Shown here piece by piece: positions 60,811-64,000 of a DNA stretch of 64,000 nt. The notes beneath the pieces were generated by a model that saw only the letters and a list, made by a program, of their open reading frames with translations, was not told the DNA's origin and searched no databases. The stretch's first letter is position 1. The number at the start of each line of letters is the position of its first letter. The position numbers were made by a program, and so were the translations under genes. The stretch covers positions 11,472,001 through 11,536,000 of the forward strand of contig NC_086101.1 of NCBI RefSeq assembly GCF_963921235.1, read 5' to 3'. Origin of the DNA: Mobula hypostoma. Taxonomy: Eukaryota.

Positions 60811-61205
60811 ATCTTCTTGCTGCTGCCATCAGGAAGCAGGTACAGTAGTCTCAACATTCAAGCCACCAGGTTCAGGAACAGTTACTACCCCTCCACAATC
60901 AGACTCTTGAACCAATGAGGATAACTTCACTTGCCCCATCATTGAAATGGTCCCACAACTGATGTACTAACTTTCAATGGATTTTCATCTCATGTCCTCG
61001 ATATTTATTTATTATTATTTTGTTTTTTTTGTATTTGCACTGTTGGTTTTTGCACACTGGTTTAACACAAATGTTTATTGGCTCTGTTATGGGTATTACA
61101 TATTCTATTATGGATTTATTGAGTATGCCCGCAAGAAAATGTATCTCAGAGTTGTATATGGTGATATATATGTACTTTGATAATAAGTTTACCTTGAACT
61201 TTGAG
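60810..61205 (+). mobile_element. Rex1/Babar 3' end
   Basis: LLLPSGSRYSSL...RFRNSYYP.TIRLLN and TTGAACTTTGA tail. Confidence 0.75.
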
Positions 61206-61494
61206 GGAAGGGATAGACTGACAGTGCAGGTTAATAGGTCAGCACAACATCTTGGGCCAAATGGCCTGTACTGTGCTGCAAAGTTCCGTGAATACAATAG
61301 GACACAACTTAAAGTATTGACCATGAATGCAAGAATGAAAGGCACTGCGTGGCTCATTGTTGTAAATATTTTTATTATGAAGAACATTTATTTTGGCTTA
61401 TAAAAATGTTTTCCCCTCAGTTCACTTTTCCTATCCCTTCCCCCTCCATACCCTCATTTGATCTTATCATCTCTCTGTTATTTGGTTTTTTCAG

Positions 61495-61945
61495 ACTCAA
61501 GGGACTGCAGGTGCTGGAAACTGGCTGAAGCAAGTCAGTCAGTCACGGAATGGTCAGCGTGTGGAGTCAATAATCTGCACCATGACCTACAATCCCAGCA
61601 ACACACAAACAAAACCTGCAGAAACTCCCCACATCCATGGAGGGAAATGGACAGTCAGCGTTTCAAGCCAGGACCTCTTATCTGGACTGAAAAAAAAGAG
61701 GGGAGATCACCAGAAAAGAAAGGTGAAGAAAGAGCTGGCCGGTGACAGGTGGATTCAGGTAAGGGATGTGAGACAGATGAGTGAGGACTGCAGTGTGGAA
61801 AGGATGTCAGAAGCTGGGAGGTGAGAGGGGGCAGTGAGAGAGGGCCGAAGATGATGAAATCTGACAGGACAGTGGAGCATGGAGGGTGGTGGGGAGTGTT
61901 CAGGTGATGGGCAGCAGATAGAAAGGCTGGGTGAGGAACACTCAG
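61495..61945 (-). mobile_element. Decayed PLE 3' UTR/terminus
   Basis: CTGCAGGTGCTGGAAA terminus, CAGTCAGCGTTTCAAGCCAGGACC, purine-rich tract. Confidence 0.6.
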
Positions 61946-61957
61946 ATGGTCCCAATG

Positions 61958-62487
61958 CTACTGCAGTTTATTTTCTGCTCCCATTCTCAGCCACTGGTTT
62001 CCATCCCAAGTCCAGAAGAAAGGATAGAGCCTCCCCGTGAATTTATTCCCAGTGAAGGTGTGGAGATGGGAGTTGGTCTCTGCGCTGTAAAACGAAACTG
62101 TCCCGGACTCGTAACTGAGATAAACCCCCACCCTCCCGGGGATGGTATTAGCAGGGAGACGGGATGGAGGGGAGGTGAAAACATAAAATTCATCATCCCG
62201 CTGCCAGATGGTCCAGAACCCATTCTTTGGTATTAGTTTGATGTCTGCGCTCCTCTCCGGGGACTCTGTGGTGACTCCCAAACACCAGCCCTGATTCCCC
62301 GCCACCTCCACCTCCCAGTAATGTCTGCCCGATGTGAATCCCTCCCGTCCCAGCTCACAAGGCCCATTTGTGATCCCTTTCCCAGTGTCCGGAAGACTCC
62401 TCAGGGTCCTGGCACAACTTGCACTTTTCTGATCGTCAGACACGCCGAGCTCCACAGCCGCTGTTTCCACATCCAGGGCGACAGAGA
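61958..62487 (-). CDS. PRY/SPRY (B30.2) terminal exon of a TRIM paralogue
   Basis: Acceptor CTTTCCCTCACAG|TC in the same phase as gene 1; open frame VALDVETA...GFTSGRHYWEVEV...RVGVYLSYESG...LYPFF. No upstream exons in the window. Confidence 0.85.
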
Positions 62488-63859
62488 CTGTGAGGGAAAG
62501 CAGATGAATTAGAGTCCCTGGGGATCGGGAAGTGTGGAAGAGTGTTCGCACATAGCACAGCCCTGGGTCCAGGAGAGAGGCTGCTGGATCTTTGTTAGAA
62601 TTCATTCAGATGCAACAAGCAGATAACAATCTTCTCCCGGGAGCTTTCTCTGGACAGAAGAGTGGAGGGAAGGGTGGGGGTATGGATGGCAAACACGATC
62701 AGAGAGAGTGGAGGATTGTGGAATGTGGAAGTGAACAGAGAGCTGTGCTCGGTATTAAAATGCTGAGAGTAAGTCAATGGAAAAGAGGCACAGGGCCCGG
62801 GTCCAAGACTGAGCAACTACCCAAGGGCTGGCCAATTTTTTAAGTGCCGGGCCAGATTGAAAAGGTCAGAGTGTCTGGGCCAGAGGGGAGGGACAGGATG
62901 GTTTACTCCTCTCTGCGCTGAACTGAAGCCGTGGCCTGCAGAGTTAAAAATACACGTGGACTAAGATGTTAACTGTCCTGTGCTATCACCAGTGTGGTCA
63001 TCAGTTGATCTTCAGGAGCTTCAGCCCGCTTATGATCAAGACTCCCTCGAGGTGGTGGGCCAGCACCACCTCCCACTGGTGAGCTTAAAAACTTGGCATC
63101 TGCCTCTATCAGAGTTGTTGGTCACTTCCATCCAACAGATAGTCTACTCTTCAGGTGTCTATGCAACTACTGCAGGGTTTGCAAGATATGTATACACTGT
63201 CTGACTATCTGCCCCTCTGGACATACTTGGTCCACACCCATGCTGATCCTGTCTCTGCTGCAACCCTGCTGGTAATAAGCTCAGGTATCGGCTGCAGTGA
63301 TGACTGGCTTTGTGGCCGTGCACTCACTTTAGTGAACTTCCATTCTGAACACTTTTATAATTTGCACGATTGGGTATTTGACAGTCTTTGTTTAATGGGT
63401 TCTATTGGGTTTCTTTGTTTTATGGCTGCGTGCAAGGAGACAAATCGAAGGTTGTGTACAGTATACATACTTTGATAATAAATGTAGTGAGATTGGTGGG
63501 GGAGGGAAGTTCTTGGTTTACTTCAAGTGGAGATTCATATCAGTTTGCAAGTTCAATGATCTGACGGTGGTGTGGAACTGGCACTGGAAAGGGATAGAAA
63601 CCTGGGGCAGATGAGCCATGATTATACTCCTGCTCGTGATTCTGAGAGAGAGAGGGGTGCTTTGACCATGTTGGGGTTGAATGACTGGGTGTAAATCAGA
63701 ATGGGTGGAGGCACAGAATTGTATGATCACTGAGGGAGAGGAGATTCACAAGTAGGAAAAACAAACTTAATGCCCGACAAGTTATAGGAAATTAATTTTG
63801 ACTAAGTAGGGGCCAAATTGTCAACCCAATGTAGCACAACCAACCTCTTTGCAGACCAT

Positions 63860-64000
63860 AAACACAAGAGATTATGCAGATGCTGGAATTGCAGAGTAAC
63901 ACACTCAGCAGGTCAGGCAGCATCTATGGAACGGAATAAAGAGTTGAAGTTTCAGGCCAAGACCTTTCATCACTGCAGGATCCATCATGGTCTCAACCTA
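63860..64000 (-). mobile_element. PLE 3'-end fragment ending at a decayed hammerhead
   Basis: GCAGATGCTGGAA...GTTTCAGGCCAAGACCTTTCATCA. Confidence 0.7.

Overview
Vertebrate nuclear DNA, not prokaryotic. The repeat content (CR1/HER1-type LINEs, V-SINEs, Rex1, Neptune-type Penelope) fits a cartilaginous fish, probably a ray (inference). The window is part of a tandem RING-B-box-coiled-coil-B30.2 (TRIM) gene cluster. It holds one apparently intact six-exon gene (25499-33277, +, 513 aa), one pseudogene with the same exon architecture (43673-53432, +, no B30.2 exon found on +), and a lone open B30.2 exon on the minus strand (61958-62487). Most of the rest is nested transposons: Penelope-like elements (PLE), CR1, Rex1/Babar, L1/Tx1, HERO-like, an IR/DR Tc1, a Buster-type hAT, solo LTRs, a Gypsy gag remnant and SINEs. 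There is also a 3.2-kb 34-bp minisatellite with a 1206-bp higher-order period. The most interesting signal is the PLE family. It carries a minimal type I hammerhead ribozyme about 100 nt from its 3' end and makes 13-14 bp target-site duplications. One copy has inserted into another copy of itself, placing two ribozymes in tandem. The family has also produced ~210-bp fold-back mini-insertions whose inversion point sits at the 5' edge of the ribozyme. All calls are by eye, and boundaries of degenerate elements are approximate.
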